From Candidatus Eiseniibacteriota bacterium (GTDB taxonomy: Bacteria > Eisenbacteria > RBG-16-71-46): a DNA stretch of 64,000 nucleotides. The stretch is taken from the NCBI GenBank assembly GCA_963717935.1, contig CAVQXP010000004.1, forward strand, positions 1,280,001 through 1,344,000, written 5' to 3'. Position numbers and translations under genes: made by a program. Positions 16,203-28,556 of this stretch are shown piece after piece. Each line of letters begins with the position of its first letter. The first letter of the stretch is position 1. Below the pieces are notes generated by a model, which saw only the letters and a list, made by a program, of their open reading frames with translations, made no database searches and had not been told where the DNA came from.

Positions 16203-16820
16203 ATGCGGAAGGACCCGGGGTTGGGCTTCGGAGCGGGGGTGACCCGGGTGTGCCTTCCGCTCGCGCTCCTGCTCGCGGCCGGGTGCTCCCGGACCCCGTC
16301 GCCTGCGGCCTCGCGGCCGCCGGCTCCGCCCGTCTCCGTCCCGCTCGCCGTGCACGTCTACGCTGACACCGGCCGCGGTGGCCGCCTCGAAGTGCGTCCG
16401 CCCGCCGCCCGCGTCTGGCTCGCGAGGGTCTCCCCGACGCGCGCGCTCCCGACCGTGCCGGCTCTACCCGAGGCGCTCCCCGACAGCCTGCCGCCGCTCG
16501 AGGAGACTCCGCCCGGGCTCGAGGTGGACCCGGGGCTCAAGCCGCCCATCCTGCGCGCGCCCGGGACGCTGACGCTGCCGCCCGGCTGGGATGGCCCGCG
16601 GACGAGCGTGGATCTGGACGTGCGCGTGGACGAATCGGGCCGGGTGAGCGACGCGCTCCCGGCCCTGGTGGATGGCGACGCGGCGGCGATCGAGGCGGAG
16701 CTGGTCGAGGCGGCGCGCCGCTGCGCCTTCGGGATGCGCTTCTACCCGGCGCTCCAGGGCGGGCGAGCCGTGCCGGTGTGGTGCCGGCAACGCTTCGACT
16801 TCGGTGGGGCGCGGCGATGA
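16203..16820 (+). CDS. Pro-rich lipoprotein with TonB C-terminal-like domain (start uncertain)
   Basis: LLLAAGC lipobox, Pro-rich linker, VDLDVRVDESGRV...AARRC..MRFYPALQGGRAVPVW..QRFDF. Confidence 0.6.
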   Translation: MRKDPGLGFGAGVTRVCLPLALLLAAGCSRTPSPAASRPPAPPVSVPLAVHVYADTGRGGRLEVRPPAARVWLARVSPTRALPTVPALPEALPDSLPPLEETPPGLEVDPGLKPPILRAPGTLTLPPGWDGPRTSVDLDVRVDESGRVSDALPALVDGDAAAIEAELVEAARRCAFGMRFYPALQGGRAVPVWCRQRFDFGGARR

Positions 16821-18676
16821 GCCGCCGCCGCGCGAGCGCGGCCTGGGTGGGCCCGGCGCTGGCCCTGAGCCTGGTGGCGGCACTGGTCGCGATCGTCCTC
16901 TCGCTCTCGGGGGGGGGCTGCGACCTGCTCGATCCTTCGCGGCGCCTGGTGCGCGAGCGCATCCGCGAGCAACTCACCGCCCGCCAGGCCGCGCGGCGCT
17001 GGTTCCGGCGCTCGCGTGAGCGCGCGCTGGTGGGTAACTACGACGTCGCGCCCCTGGTGGTGCGCTTCTACGAGCGCCGCGGGTTCAACGCCGCCTGGAG
17101 CACGGCGCGGGGGCCGCGCGACGAGGCGCTCCAGCTGGCCGATGCGCTGGAGGCCGCGCCGCGCGAGGGCCTCGAGCCCGGGGACGCCCAGGCCGATCAG
17201 GTGCGCGTGCGGCTCGAGGCGCTGGCCGTGGCCCGCGAGCCGATCGGTCGCAGGCTCGAGCCGCGCGCGCTGGCCGAGACGGACGTGCTGCTGACGCGCT
17301 CGTTCCTCAAGCACGCCGCGCATCTGCACTCGGGACTCATCGACCCGGCGCGGCTGCCCTCGGACTGGCACCTGAACCCGCGGCGGGCGGATCTGGTGAA
17401 GGTGCTCGAGCAGGCGCTCGCCACGCACGACGTGGCCGCGGCGCTCGAGGGTCTCGAGCCGGCGCACCCGGGCTACGCGGCGCTGCGGGAGATGCTCGAA
17501 CGCTACCGGGAGATCGCCCGCGCGGGCGGGTGGCGCGGGGTGCCGCCGGGACGGGCGCTGCGGCGCGGGAGCGCGGGCGAGCGCGTGCGGCTGCTGCGCG
17601 AGCGGCTGGCCGCCGAGGGCGACCTCGACCGCTCGCTCGCGGGGAGGGGTATCTTCGACGCCGCGCTGGTCGCGGCGGTCAGGCGTTTCCAGGCGCGCCA
17701 CGGACTCGATACCACGGGGGTCGTGGGCGAGCACGAACTCAGGGAGCTCGGCGTGCCGGTGAAGGCGCGCATCCGGCAGATCGCGCTCAACCTGGAACGC
17801 TGGCGCTGGCTGCCCGCGACCCTGGGCGAGCGTCACCTGCTCGTGAACATCCCGGGCTTCACGCTCGAGGCGCGCGAGCAGGACCGCGCCGTGCTGGCCA
17901 TGCGCGTCGTGGTGGGCAAGGAGCTGAGCCGCACGCCCATGTTCAGCGACTCGATCACCTACCTCGTCTTCAACCCCATCTGGGAGCTGCCGGCCGAGAT
18001 CGCGAAGAACGAGGTGCTGCCCTCCATCCAGAATGACCCGGAGTACCTGGCGAAGAACCATCTGCGCCTCTACCGGGGTCACGGCCGCGCGGCGCGCGAG
18101 GTGGACCCCGCGAAGGTGGACTGGAAGCAGGTCACGCCGGAGGAGTTCGGCTTCGCGGTCAAGCAGGATCCCGGGCCCGAGAACTCGATCGGCCACGTGA
18201 AGTTCATGTGCCCGAACCAGTTCGCGGTCTACCTGCACGACACGCCGGCCGGGCACCTGTTCGGCGCGACCCGGCGCGACTACAGTCATGGCTGCGTGCG
18301 CGTCGAGCGCCCGCTCGAACTGGCGCTGTACCTGCTGCGCGGCAAGGCCGACTGGGACTCCGCGCGCATCGCGGCGGCCTTCGACACGCTGAGGAACAAG
18401 GTGGTCCAGCTGCCCGAGCCCGTGCCGGTCCACATCCTGTACTGGACGACCTGGGTGGATGACCGGGGGACGGCGCAGTTTCGGCGCGACGTCTACGCCG
18501 TGGACAGCCTGCTCACGGACGCGCTCAGTCGCGCCCGCAGGCTGCCCGCGCCCGCGCTCGAGTGGGCCCGTGTCCGCCCGGTCGATTCGACGAGCGCGGT
18601 GGTGCCGCCTCGCGCCGGAGCGGCGCCGGGCCCGGAGGCCGCGGGAGCGGCTCCCGGCGCGCCCACGCGCCGTTGA
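16817..18676 (+). CDS. L,D-transpeptidase, YcbB/LdtD family with PG-binding domain
   Basis: AVRRFQARHGL, NLERWRWLP, VNIPGF, VVVGK, NPIW, YLHDTP, SHGCVRV. Confidence 0.93.
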   Translation: MSRRRASAAWVGPALALSLVAALVAIVLSLSGGGCDLLDPSRRLVRERIREQLTARQAARRWFRRSRERALVGNYDVAPLVVRFYERRGFNAAWSTARGPRDEALQLADALEAAPREGLEPGDAQADQVRVRLEALAVAREPIGRRLEPRALAETDVLLTRSFLKHAAHLHSGLIDPARLPSDWHLNPRRADLVKVLEQALATHDVAAALEGLEPAHPGYAALREMLERYREIARAGGWRGVPPGRALRRGSAGERVRLLRERLAAEGDLDRSLAGRGIFDAALVAAVRRFQARHGLDTTGVVGEHELRELGVPVKARIRQIALNLERWRWLPATLGERHLLVNIPGFTLEAREQDRAVLAMRVVVGKELSRTPMFSDSITYLVFNPIWELPAEIAKNEVLPSIQNDPEYLAKNHLRLYRGHGRAAREVDPAKVDWKQVTPEEFGFAVKQDPGPENSIGHVKFMCPNQFAVYLHDTPAGHLFGATRRDYSHGCVRVERPLELALYLLRGKADWDSARIAAAFDTLRNKVVQLPEPVPVHILYWTTWVDDRGTAQFRRDVYAVDSLLTDALSRARRLPAPALEWARVRPVDSTSAVVPPRAGAAPGPEAAGAAPGAPTRR

Positions 18677-18711
18677 CCACCCTGCGGCACCGGTGTAGCG
18701 TCCGGCGCCAT

Positions 18712-19713
18712 ATGCGCACGCCCTCTTTCGACCTCGCGGCCCTCGAGGCCCTCGTCGCGCGCTTTGCCGGGCGCCGGGTCGCGGTGCTGGGCGACTGCAT
18801 GATGGACCGCTACCTGTGGGGCCGGGTCGAACGCATCTCGCCCGAGGCCCCCGTGCCGGTGGTCGAGGTCGAACGCGAGAGCAGCACGCTGGGCGGGGCG
18901 GGCAACGTGGCCGCCAACCTGCGCGCGCTCGGCGCGGAGCCCCTGCTGCTCGGCGTGGTGGGCGAGGACGATGACGGCCGGCGGTTGCGGGAGTCCTTCG
19001 CCGCGCGCGGGCTCGACCTCGGTGGCGTGGTGACGGATGCCGCGCGGCCCACCACGGTCAAGACCCGCATCGTCGCCCACGCCCAGCAGGTCGTGCGCGC
19101 CGACCGCGAGTCGCGCGCCGACCTCTCGGGCGCCGCGCTCGCGCGCCTGCTCGAGATCGTCGAGCGCGAGCTGCCCCGCTGCGAGGGCCTGGTGGTGAGC
19201 GACTACGGCAAGGGCGTGATCCACCCCGGCACCCTCGAGCCCGCCCTGGGCGCCGCGCGGCGCGCGGGCTGCGCGGTGAGCGTGGACCCCAAGGAGAGCC
19301 ACGTCGATGCCTACCATGGCGTGAGCATCCTCACGCCCAACCAGCACGAGGCCGGCTGGGTGCAGGGCAGGCGCATCACCGACGAGGCGAGCCTGATGGA
19401 GGTGGGCTGGGGGCTTCAGCAGCGGCTCGACGCCGCGGCCGTGCTGGTGACGCGGGGTGCCGGCGGCATGAGCCTGTTCGAGCGCGGCGGCCGCTACACC
19501 CATCTACCCACCGTGGCGCGCGAGGTCTACGACGTGACCGGCGCGGGCGACACCGTGGTGAGCGTGGTGGCGCTGGCGCTGGCGGCCGGGGCCGACTTCC
19601 CCGCGGCCTGCCTGCTCGCGAACCATGCCGCCGGCATCGTCATCCGCGAGGTCGGCACGGCGACGTGCACGCGCGAGCAACTGCTCGCCTCGCTCGCGGG
19701 CGCCAGGCCGTGA
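18712..19713 (+). CDS. rfaE1: D-glycero-beta-D-manno-heptose-7-phosphate kinase (RfaE domain I)
   Basis: GDCMMDRYLWGRVERISPEAPVPV, GGAGNVAANL, SDYGKG, DVTGAGDT. Confidence 0.93.
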   Translation: MRTPSFDLAALEALVARFAGRRVAVLGDCMMDRYLWGRVERISPEAPVPVVEVERESSTLGGAGNVAANLRALGAEPLLLGVVGEDDDGRRLRESFAARGLDLGGVVTDAARPTTVKTRIVAHAQQVVRADRESRADLSGAALARLLEIVERELPRCEGLVVSDYGKGVIHPGTLEPALGAARRAGCAVSVDPKESHVDAYHGVSILTPNQHEAGWVQGRRITDEASLMEVGWGLQQRLDAAAVLVTRGAGGMSLFERGGRYTHLPTVAREVYDVTGAGDTVVSVVALALAAGADFPAACLLANHAAGIVIREVGTATCTREQLLASLAGARP

Positions 19714-20210
19714 ACGCGGGCTCGCCCTCCGTCCCGCTGCCCGAAGAGGCGCGGCACGCCCTGGCCGCCTGGCGCGCGGCGGGGGAGAAGATCGTCTTCA
19801 CGAACGGTGTCTTCGACCTGCTCCACCGCGGCCACGCCGAGTACCTGGCCCAGGCCCGCGCGCTGGGCGGGCGGCTCGTGGTCGGGGTCAATTCCGACGC
19901 CTCGGTGCGGCGCCTGAAGGGCCCCGAGCGCCCCATCGTGGCGGCCGCGGATCGCGCCGCGCTGCTCGAAGCGCTCGCCTGCGTGGACCTGGCCGTGATC
20001 TTCGAGGACGACACGCCCGCCCGGCTCATCGAGGCCGTGCGCCCCGACGTGCTGGTGAAGGGGGGCGACTGGGCGGTGGGACAGATCGTCGGCCGCGAGT
20101 TCGTCGAGTCGTGCGGTGGCCGCGTGCTCAGCATCCCGCTGCGCGAGGGCTGCGGCACCTCCGTTCTGGTCGAGCGCATCCGGGCCGGCCGGAGCGCGCT
20201 GGAGCCGTGA
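19710..20210 (+). CDS. rfaE2: Heptose-1-phosphate adenylyltransferase (RfaE domain II)
   Basis: FTNGVFDLLHRGH, GVNSDASVRRLKG, PDVLVKGGDW. Confidence 0.93.
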   Translation: MNAGSPSVPLPEEARHALAAWRAAGEKIVFTNGVFDLLHRGHAEYLAQARALGGRLVVGVNSDASVRRLKGPERPIVAAADRAALLEALACVDLAVIFEDDTPARLIEAVRPDVLVKGGDWAVGQIVGREFVESCGGRVLSIPLREGCGTSVLVERIRAGRSALEP

Positions 20211-20265
20211 GCGCCGCGGTCCGCGGCGACGCGCCGGCGGACCTGCCCTCCCCCGGAGCGTGCCC

Positions 20266-21015
20266 GTGACCCTGAAGCCCACCGCCGGGCCGCCTGCGAA
20301 ACGCGCCGTCGTGATCGGCGCCTCGTCGGGCATCGGCCGGGCGCTCGCGCTGCGGCTCGCCCGCGAAGGCTACGCCGTCGGCCTCACCGCGCGACGCCTG
20401 CCCCTGTTGCTCGAGTTGCAGGCGGAGATCGGACAGCGCGCGTTCGTCCGGCAGATGGACGTCACGGACACCGCTCGCGCGATGGCGCTGCTGGAGGAGT
20501 TGATCGAGGAACTGGGGGGTGCCGACCTGATCGTGGTCAACGCCGGGACGGGGCACATCAATCCCGGCCTCGCCTGGGAGCCCGAGGAGGAGACCATCGG
20601 CGTGAACGTGCGGGGCTTCACGGCGATGGCGAACGTCGCCTACCGCCATTTCCTTCGCCGCGGCGCCGGGCACCTGGTCAGCATCTCCTCGATCGCGGCC
20701 CTGCGCGGTGGCGGTGGCGCGCCGGCCTACAACGCGTCGAAGGCGTTCGTGTCCAACTACATGGACGGTCTGCGGCACAAGCTGGCCCGGCTCGGCTCGG
20801 CGGTCGCGGTCACCGACATCCAGCCGGGCTTCGTGCGCACCGCGATGGCACAGGGGCCGCACGTCTTCTGGGCGGCCTCGCCCGAGAAAGCGGCGGAGCA
20901 GATCTGGCAGGCCATCCGCCGCCGCCGGAAGCGGGCGATCATCACCCGGCGCTGGCGGCCGATCGCCTGGCTGATGAGGATGGTGCCTGACGGCGTGTAC
21001 CATCGGATCGGATGA
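20266..21015 (+). CDS. Short-chain dehydrogenase/reductase
   Basis: IGASSGIG, VNAG, YNASK, IQPGFVRT. Confidence 0.9.
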   Translation: MTLKPTAGPPAKRAVVIGASSGIGRALALRLAREGYAVGLTARRLPLLLELQAEIGQRAFVRQMDVTDTARAMALLEELIEELGGADLIVVNAGTGHINPGLAWEPEEETIGVNVRGFTAMANVAYRHFLRRGAGHLVSISSIAALRGGGGAPAYNASKAFVSNYMDGLRHKLARLGSAVAVTDIQPGFVRTAMAQGPHVFWAASPEKAAEQIWQAIRRRRKRAIITRRWRPIAWLMRMVPDGVYHRIG

Positions 21016-21329
21016 GGGTGGGCAGCCCGGTGTCGAGCGCTCCGCTGCCGGGGATCCCTGCGTGAAGAACGGCCTGGTGACGGCCTGGCGCGTCCGGGAG
21101 TGGACGACGGTCATCGGGCCGGGGGCTGCGGTGACGTCGCCGGCCACGGGCCCGCAGGTCTCCGGTCGCCCGGTCCGACGGGTCGCCGTCCAGCGCTTCC
21201 CGCTTGCTTTGCACTCCCCACCCGGTTAGCGTATCCCGTCCTTTTCCCGGGTGCTCCCCACGGAGTGCTCCTCCTTCCCCGCTTCGGGTCCGCCGGAGCG
21301 GGGCCCTCGGCCGGCACGGGATTCAGGCC

Positions 21330-22814
<1,485 letters not shown>

Positions 22815-22880
22815 ACGGAGCGTCGAGCAGGTCGCGGACAGCGGTCCGGGACCGTCAACACCGGGCACACGGGGGCCGAG

Positions 22881-24041
22881 ATGAATCTCCACGAATATCA
22901 GGCCAAGGAGTTGTTCGCGCGCTACGGGCTGCCGGTGCTGCCGGGGCAGGTGGCGGTCACGCCCGAGGAGGCCGGCGACATCGCGGCCGCGCTGGGTGGC
23001 ACGGTGGTGATCAAGGCGCAGGTGCTGGTGGGCGGGCGCGGCAAGGCGGGCGGCGTGAAGCTGGCGCACACGCCCGAGGAGGCGACCGAGAAGGCCCGCG
23101 ACATCCTGGCGCTCACCATCAAGGGCCTGCCGGTGCGCAAGGTCCTGGTGACCCGGGCCGCCGACATCGCGCGCGAGCTGTACCTCTCGATCCTGCTCGA
23201 CCGCAGCCGCAAGCTGCCGCTGGTCATGCTCTCGGCCGAGGGCGGCGTGGACATCGAGGAGGTCGCGCGCACGGCGCCCGAGAAGATCATCAAGTGGCCG
23301 ATCCCGCTCGAGGGTCCGCGGCCCTACCAGGCGCGCGCCCTGTTCAAGCCGCTGCTCGGGGACGGCAAGCAGGTCCAGCAGGCGGCGGACATCCTGATGA
23401 AGCTGTGGCGGGTCTGGTCCGAGGGCGATTGCCAGCTGGCCGAGATCAACCCGCTCGCGGTCACGCCCGAGGGCAGGGTCCTGGCGCTCGACGCCAAGGT
23501 GTCGCTCGACGACAACGCCGACATCCGCCACCGCGACTGGGAGAACTGGCGCGACCCGGCCGACGAGACGCCGGGGCAGCGGCTGGCGCGCGAGAAGGGG
23601 CTCTCGTACGTCAAGCTCGACGGCGACATCGGCTGCGTCGTGAACGGCGCGGGGCTGGCCATGGCGACGATGGACCTGATCAAGCACTACGGCGGCGAGC
23701 CGGCCAACTTCCTCGACATCGGCGGCTCCTCGAGCCCCGAGAAGGTGACCGCGGCGCTGCGGATCATCACCGGCGAGCCGCCCGGCGGCGCGGCGGCGGC
23801 GGCGTGCGGGCCGATCCTCTTCAACATCTTCGGTGGCATCACCCGCTGCGACGACGTGGCGAACGGCATCGTGCGCTCGCTCGAGGAGTCGCCGCTCGCC
23901 GTGCCGCTCGTGATCCGGCTCACCGGCACGAACGAGGAGGCGGCGCGCAGGATCCTGGCGGACCACGGTCTGTCGGCCACCACCAGCATGGACGAGGGCG
24001 TGCGCACCGTGATCGCCCGGGCGCAGGAGGTGACGGCGTGA
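22881..24041 (+). CDS. sucC: Succinyl-CoA synthetase beta subunit
   Basis: [55 protein letters not shown]. Confidence 0.96.
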   Translation: MNLHEYQAKELFARYGLPVLPGQVAVTPEEAGDIAAALGGTVVIKAQVLVGGRGKAGGVKLAHTPEEATEKARDILALTIKGLPVRKVLVTRAADIARELYLSILLDRSRKLPLVMLSAEGGVDIEEVARTAPEKIIKWPIPLEGPRPYQARALFKPLLGDGKQVQQAADILMKLWRVWSEGDCQLAEINPLAVTPEGRVLALDAKVSLDDNADIRHRDWENWRDPADETPGQRLAREKGLSYVKLDGDIGCVVNGAGLAMATMDLIKHYGGEPANFLDIGGSSSPEKVTAALRIITGEPPGGAAAAACGPILFNIFGGITRCDDVANGIVRSLEESPLAVPLVIRLTGTNEEAARRILADHGLSATTSMDEGVRTVIARAQEVTA

Positions 24042-25151
24042 GCATCCTGATCGACAAGAGCACCCGTCTGGTCGTGCAGGGCATCACCGGGCGCGACGGC
24101 GCGTTCCACACCCGGCAGATGCTGGACTACGGGACCAAGGTGGTGGCGGGCAGCGACCCCGGGCAAGGGGGGCGAGGTGCGTGCACGGCGTGCCGGTCTT
24201 CGACAGCGTGGCCGAGGCGGTCGCCGCCACGAAGGCCAACGCCTCGGTGATCTACGTGCCCTCGGCCTTCGCGGCGGACGCCATCCACGAGGCCGCCGAC
24301 GCCGGGCATCGGGCTCATCGTCTGCATCACCGAGGGCCTGCCGGTGCGCGACGCGCTGGAGGCCTGGCACCACGTGGCGCAGATGCGCGAGCGGGGTACC
24401 CAGCCGAAGGCCGGGTCGGGGAACGGCAGGCCCCGCCTGCTGGGGCCCAACTGCCCCGGGCTGATCAGCCCCGGGCAGTGCAAGGTCGGCATCCTGCCCG
24501 GCCGCATCACGAAGCCGGGGCCGGTCGGCGTGGTCTCGCGCAGCGGGACGCTGACCTACGAGGTCGTCCAGCAGCTCACCCACGCCGGGCTCGGCCAGAC
24601 CACCTGCCTCGGGATCGGCGGTGACCCGGTCATCGGCACCAACTTCATCGACGCCCTGACCCTGTTCGAGGCCGACCCGAAGACCGAGGCCATCGTTCTG
24701 ATCGGCGAGATCGGCGGCACCGACGAGGAGGAGGCGGCCCTGTTCATCAAGCGCCGCGTGAAGAAGCCGGTGGTGGCCTTCATCGCCGGGCCAGACCGCG
24801 CCCCCGGGCAAGCGCATGGGGCACGCCGGCGCGATCATCGCGGGCGGCACGGGCACGGCGGCCGAGAAGATGGCGGCCTTCGAGGCGGTGGGCGTGCCGG
24901 TGGCGCGGATCCCCTCGGAGATCCCCGGCCTGATCGCCGGGGCTCTGGGGCGCAGGCGCTCGCACGGGACCCGCGTGACGCCGGGCCGGGCGAAGAAGAA
25001 GGCGGCGGGCCCGGCAAAGAGACGGCGCGCAAGGCGCGGCCCGCGGGCGGGCACGGCAAGGCCGCAGCACGTCCCGCGCGCAAGCCCGGCAAGTCCGCGC
25101 CGAAGGAAGCCGGCCAGCCGCAGGGTGCCGCGGAGCCGTCGGCCGCGCTGA
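24038..25151 (+). CDS. sucD: Succinyl-CoA synthetase alpha subunit (apparent frameshifts; basic C-terminal extension)
   Basis: [43 protein letters not shown] and MGHAGAII are spread over several frames. Confidence 0.9.
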
Positions 25152-25209
25152 ATCACCGACCACGATCCCGGGCGCCGCACGAAGGCCCGGGTCTACCGAG
25201 GAGCAACCA

Positions 25210-25633
25210 TTGGCGCTCGAACGCACCCTCTTCATCGTCAAGCCGGACGCGGTCCGGCGGAACCTCATCGGCCGGATCCTCGCGCACGTCGAGGCGCAGG
25301 ACTTCCGCGTCGTCGAGGCCCGGCTGGCCCGGCTCACGCGCGAGGAGGCCCAGACCTTCTACGCCGAGCACGTGGGCAAGCCGTTCTTCGACGACCTGGT
25401 GGATTACATGACCTCCGGTCCGGTGTTGCTGGTCTGCCTGGAGCGGGAAGGGCGCCGTGGCCGAACTGCGCCAGGTCGTGGGTGCGACCGACCCGGCCCA
25501 GGCCGCCCCCGGCACGGTCCGGAAGCTCTACGGGGAGAGCAAGCAGCTCAACTCGGTCCACGCCTCGGACAGCCCGGCCAGCTCCGAGCGCGAGGTGAGG
25601 TTCTTCTTCGGCACGGCGGCCCTCGTCCGGTGA
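25210..25633 (+). CDS. ndk: Nucleoside diphosphate kinase (one apparent frameshift near 25450)
   Basis: [28 protein letters not shown], then [23 protein letters not shown] in the next frame. Confidence 0.92.
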
Positions 25634-25799
25634 CGGGCTGGCCGTTGGACCCGGCCGGGTGCCCCGGTGCCCGGTCGGGTGCTCCGCAAACGACCGGCTG
25701 GCAGCATCCTGTCCGGGTTCGAAAGCCGGGTGGACGCGGCTCTCGGGCCTGTGCTAACTTCCCGGTGCTTCGCAGCCCGCTCAGGCGGGTTTATCTTGT

Positions 25800-26273
25800 A
25801 TGTCCAGATTTGCCATAGATCTCGGCTCGTTGCGCCAGGGCAGAACCCCTGTCGAGCTCGAGGCCGCGGCCCAGGATCTTGACTTGCCGCCCGACGGTTG
25901 GGTGGGTCCGGTCCGGGGCGTATTCGATGTCGAAAAGACGGGTGAGAAGGTGACGGTCCGCGGCTCGGTGGCCGCGACTGCACGACTCGAGTGTGTGCGC
26001 TGCCTGACGGAGTTCGACCTGCCGGTCGAGGCGCCGCTGGAGGTGTTCGCCGAGCGTGCCGGCAGCGGCCGGCAGCGCGACGAAGAGGCGCTCGAGCGCG
26101 ACGACTACATGAAGTTCCACGACGGGCGGCTGCTCGATCTGCGCGCCGACGCGCGTGAGTTGCTGCTGCTGGAGCTCCCGATGGGCCCTCATTGCCGAGA
26201 GGACTGCCGGGGGCTGTGTCCGAGGTGCGGCGCGGACTTGAACGCGGGGCCCTGCGGGTGCCCGCGCGCGTGA
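25800..26273 (+). CDS. yceD: DUF177/YceD family protein
   Basis: ECVRCL and CREDCRGLCPRCGADLNAGPCGC, directly upstream of rpmF. Confidence 0.9.
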   Translation: MSRFAIDLGSLRQGRTPVELEAAAQDLDLPPDGWVGPVRGVFDVEKTGEKVTVRGSVAATARLECVRCLTEFDLPVEAPLEVFAERAGSGRQRDEEALERDDYMKFHDGRLLDLRADARELLLLELPMGPHCREDCRGLCPRCGADLNAGPCGCPRA

Positions 26274-26312
26274 GCCGGCCCCGGGCGGTTTGAGCGAGGA
26301 GGAAGGACAGCC

Positions 26313-26495
26313 ATGGCGGTACCCAAGCGGAGACATTCCAGCACTCGCGGCAAGAAGCGCCGCACGCACTGGAAGCTCAAGCAGCCGGGGCTCAACACCT
26401 GCGGCCACTGCAGTTCTCCCAAGCAGCCGCACCGGATCTGTCCGAACTGCGGCTACTACGACGGCGAAGAGATCGTCCCGCCGCGCGAGGACTAG
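26313..26495 (+). CDS. rpmF: 50S ribosomal protein L32
   Basis: [19 protein letters not shown]...[11 protein letters not shown]. Confidence 0.96.
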   Translation: MAVPKRRHSSTRGKKRRTHWKLKQPGLNTCGHCSSPKQPHRICPNCGYYDGEEIVPPRED

Positions 26496-26513
26496 GGGCC
26501 TTCCGGGACCCGC

Positions 26514-27548
26514 ATGATGGCGGACTCGGTTCCCCACATCGGTATCGACGCCATGGGCGGTGACCACGGTTCCCAGGCCGTGGTGAATGGCGTCGTGCTC
26601 GCCCAGCACGAGATGCCGGGCCGCTTCCGCGTCACCCTGGTGGGTGACGAGCCCGAGATCCGTGCCGCGCTCCGCCATGCCCGGGCGGAGTCGAGCCTGC
26701 CCCTCGAGGTGGTGCACGCGGCCGAGCGCATCGAGATGTCCGAGAAGGCCGCGAACGCGGCCCGGCGCAAGAGCGGCTCCTCGCTCGGCGTGCTGGCCCA
26801 ACTGCACAAGGACGGCAAGGTGGACGCGTTCTTCAGCGCCGGGAACACGGGTGCGATGGTGGCCACCTCGCTGCTCGGCCTGGGCCGGCTCGAGTCGGTC
26901 TCGCGCCCGGCTCTGGCGGCGGTCATGCCCAGCCCGGCCGGAGGCACGGTGCTGCTCGACGTGGGGGCCAACTCGGACTGCAAGCCCTCGTGGCTCGTCC
27001 AGTTCGCCCACATGGGCGCGGTCTACGCGCGCTACCTCATGGGCCGCGAGGAGCCACGGGTCGGGCTGCTCTCGATCGGCGAGGAGGACACCAAGGGCAA
27101 TTCCCTGGTCCTGGAGACGCTGCCGCTGTTGCGGCGCGCCCGGCACCTGAATTTCGTCGGCAACGTCGAGGGTCGCGACATCCTCAAGGGCACCTGCGAC
27201 GTCATCGTGACGGACGGTTTCACCGGCAACGTGGTGCTGAAGACCGCCGAGGGCGTGGCGACCATGCTGGGGCACAAGGTGAAGCAGGAGCTCAAGCACG
27301 ATCTGCTCGCCCGCCTCGGGGCCCTGTTCCTGCTGCCCGCGCTCCGGCGTGTCAAGGCCGAGGTGGACTGGGAGGAGTACGGCGCCGCGCCCCTGCTCGG
27401 GGTGAACGGGGTCTGCTTCGTGGGGCACGGCTCGAGCGGACCGAGGGCCGTCTGCAGCGCGATCCGCACCCTGAGCCGCTTCGTGGAGCTGCGAGTGAAC
27501 GAACGCATCCGTGAGGAAATCGAGGCGGACCATGACCCGGCGGCCTGA
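26514..27548 (+). CDS. plsX: Phosphate acyltransferase PlsX
   Basis: IDAMGGD, SAGNTGA, RPAL, LDVGAN, GNVEG, DGFTGNV, GAAPLLG. Confidence 0.95.
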   Translation: MMADSVPHIGIDAMGGDHGSQAVVNGVVLAQHEMPGRFRVTLVGDEPEIRAALRHARAESSLPLEVVHAAERIEMSEKAANAARRKSGSSLGVLAQLHKDGKVDAFFSAGNTGAMVATSLLGLGRLESVSRPALAAVMPSPAGGTVLLDVGANSDCKPSWLVQFAHMGAVYARYLMGREEPRVGLLSIGEEDTKGNSLVLETLPLLRRARHLNFVGNVEGRDILKGTCDVIVTDGFTGNVVLKTAEGVATMLGHKVKQELKHDLLARLGALFLLPALRRVKAEVDWEEYGAAPLLGVNGVCFVGHGSSGPRAVCSAIRTLSRFVELRVNERIREEIEADHDPAA

Positions 27549-27596
27549 CGCGGTGTGTGGCGCGGCACCAGTGACCGTGGCCAGCGGGATGGCCTC

Positions 27597-28556
27597 ATGA
27601 GGCTGGCGTTCCTCTTCCCGGGCCAGGGGGCCCAGGCGGTCGGCATGGGCAAGGCCCTGGCCGAGGCCTTCCCCGTGGCCCGCGAGGTCTTCGCCGAGGC
27701 CGACGAGGCGCTGGGCTTCCGGCTTTCCGAGATCTGCTGGGAGGGCCCGGCCGAGCGGCTCCGGGAGACGCGCTACACCCAGCCGGCGCTGCTCACGCAC
27801 AGCGTGGCGGCCTGGCGCCTGGCGGAGCAGGCGGGCCTGCGGCCCGACTGGACCGCGGGGCACAGCTTGGGCGAGTACTCGGCCTGCGTGGCCGCGGGGG
27901 CGACTCGAGTTCCGCGATGCCGTGCGGCTCGTGCACCTGCGCGGCACGCTGATGTTCGAGGCCGGGCGAGCAGCGGCCGGGCACCATGGCCGCGATGCTG
28001 GGCGTGGACCGCGAGGGGGCGGAGCGCATCTGCAGAGCGGCGGCTCAGAAGGGGATCGTGGTGCCGGCGAACCTCAATGCCCCGGGACAGGTCGTGATCT
28101 CGGGGGAGCGGCCTGCGGTCGAGGAGGCCGCGCGGATCGGCGCCGAGCATCGGCGCGAAGCGCGTCGTGATGCTCGAGGTGAGCGGCGCGTTCCACTCGC
28201 CGCTGATGGAGTCGGCGGCCCGTGGGTTGGCCGAGGCGCTCGACAGGACGACGTTCCGCGAGCCCCGCTGCCCGGTGATCGCCAACGTCTCGGCCGCCCC
28301 GCTGTCGCGGGCGGACGAGATCCGCGATGCCCTGAAGCGCCAGGTGCTGGGGACGGTGCGCTGGGAGGAGTCCATGCGCGCCCTGCTCGGACTGGGCGCC
28401 GAGGGCTTCGTGGAGATCGGCACGGGCCGTGTGCTGCGCGGCCTGCTGCGGAGCATCGAGAAGGCCGCCACATCCTGGAACATCGAGGACCCCGCGACGC
28501 TCGAAGCCGACGTGGGCGAGTTGGGCGTGCAGCGCGTGGTCCCGGAGGGCACCTGA
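27597..28556 (+). CDS. fabD: Malonyl-CoA:ACP transacylase (apparent frameshifts)
   Basis: FLFPGQGAQ, TQPAL, GHSLGEY, ANLNAPGQVVISG and VSGAFHSPLM across frames. Confidence 0.92.
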
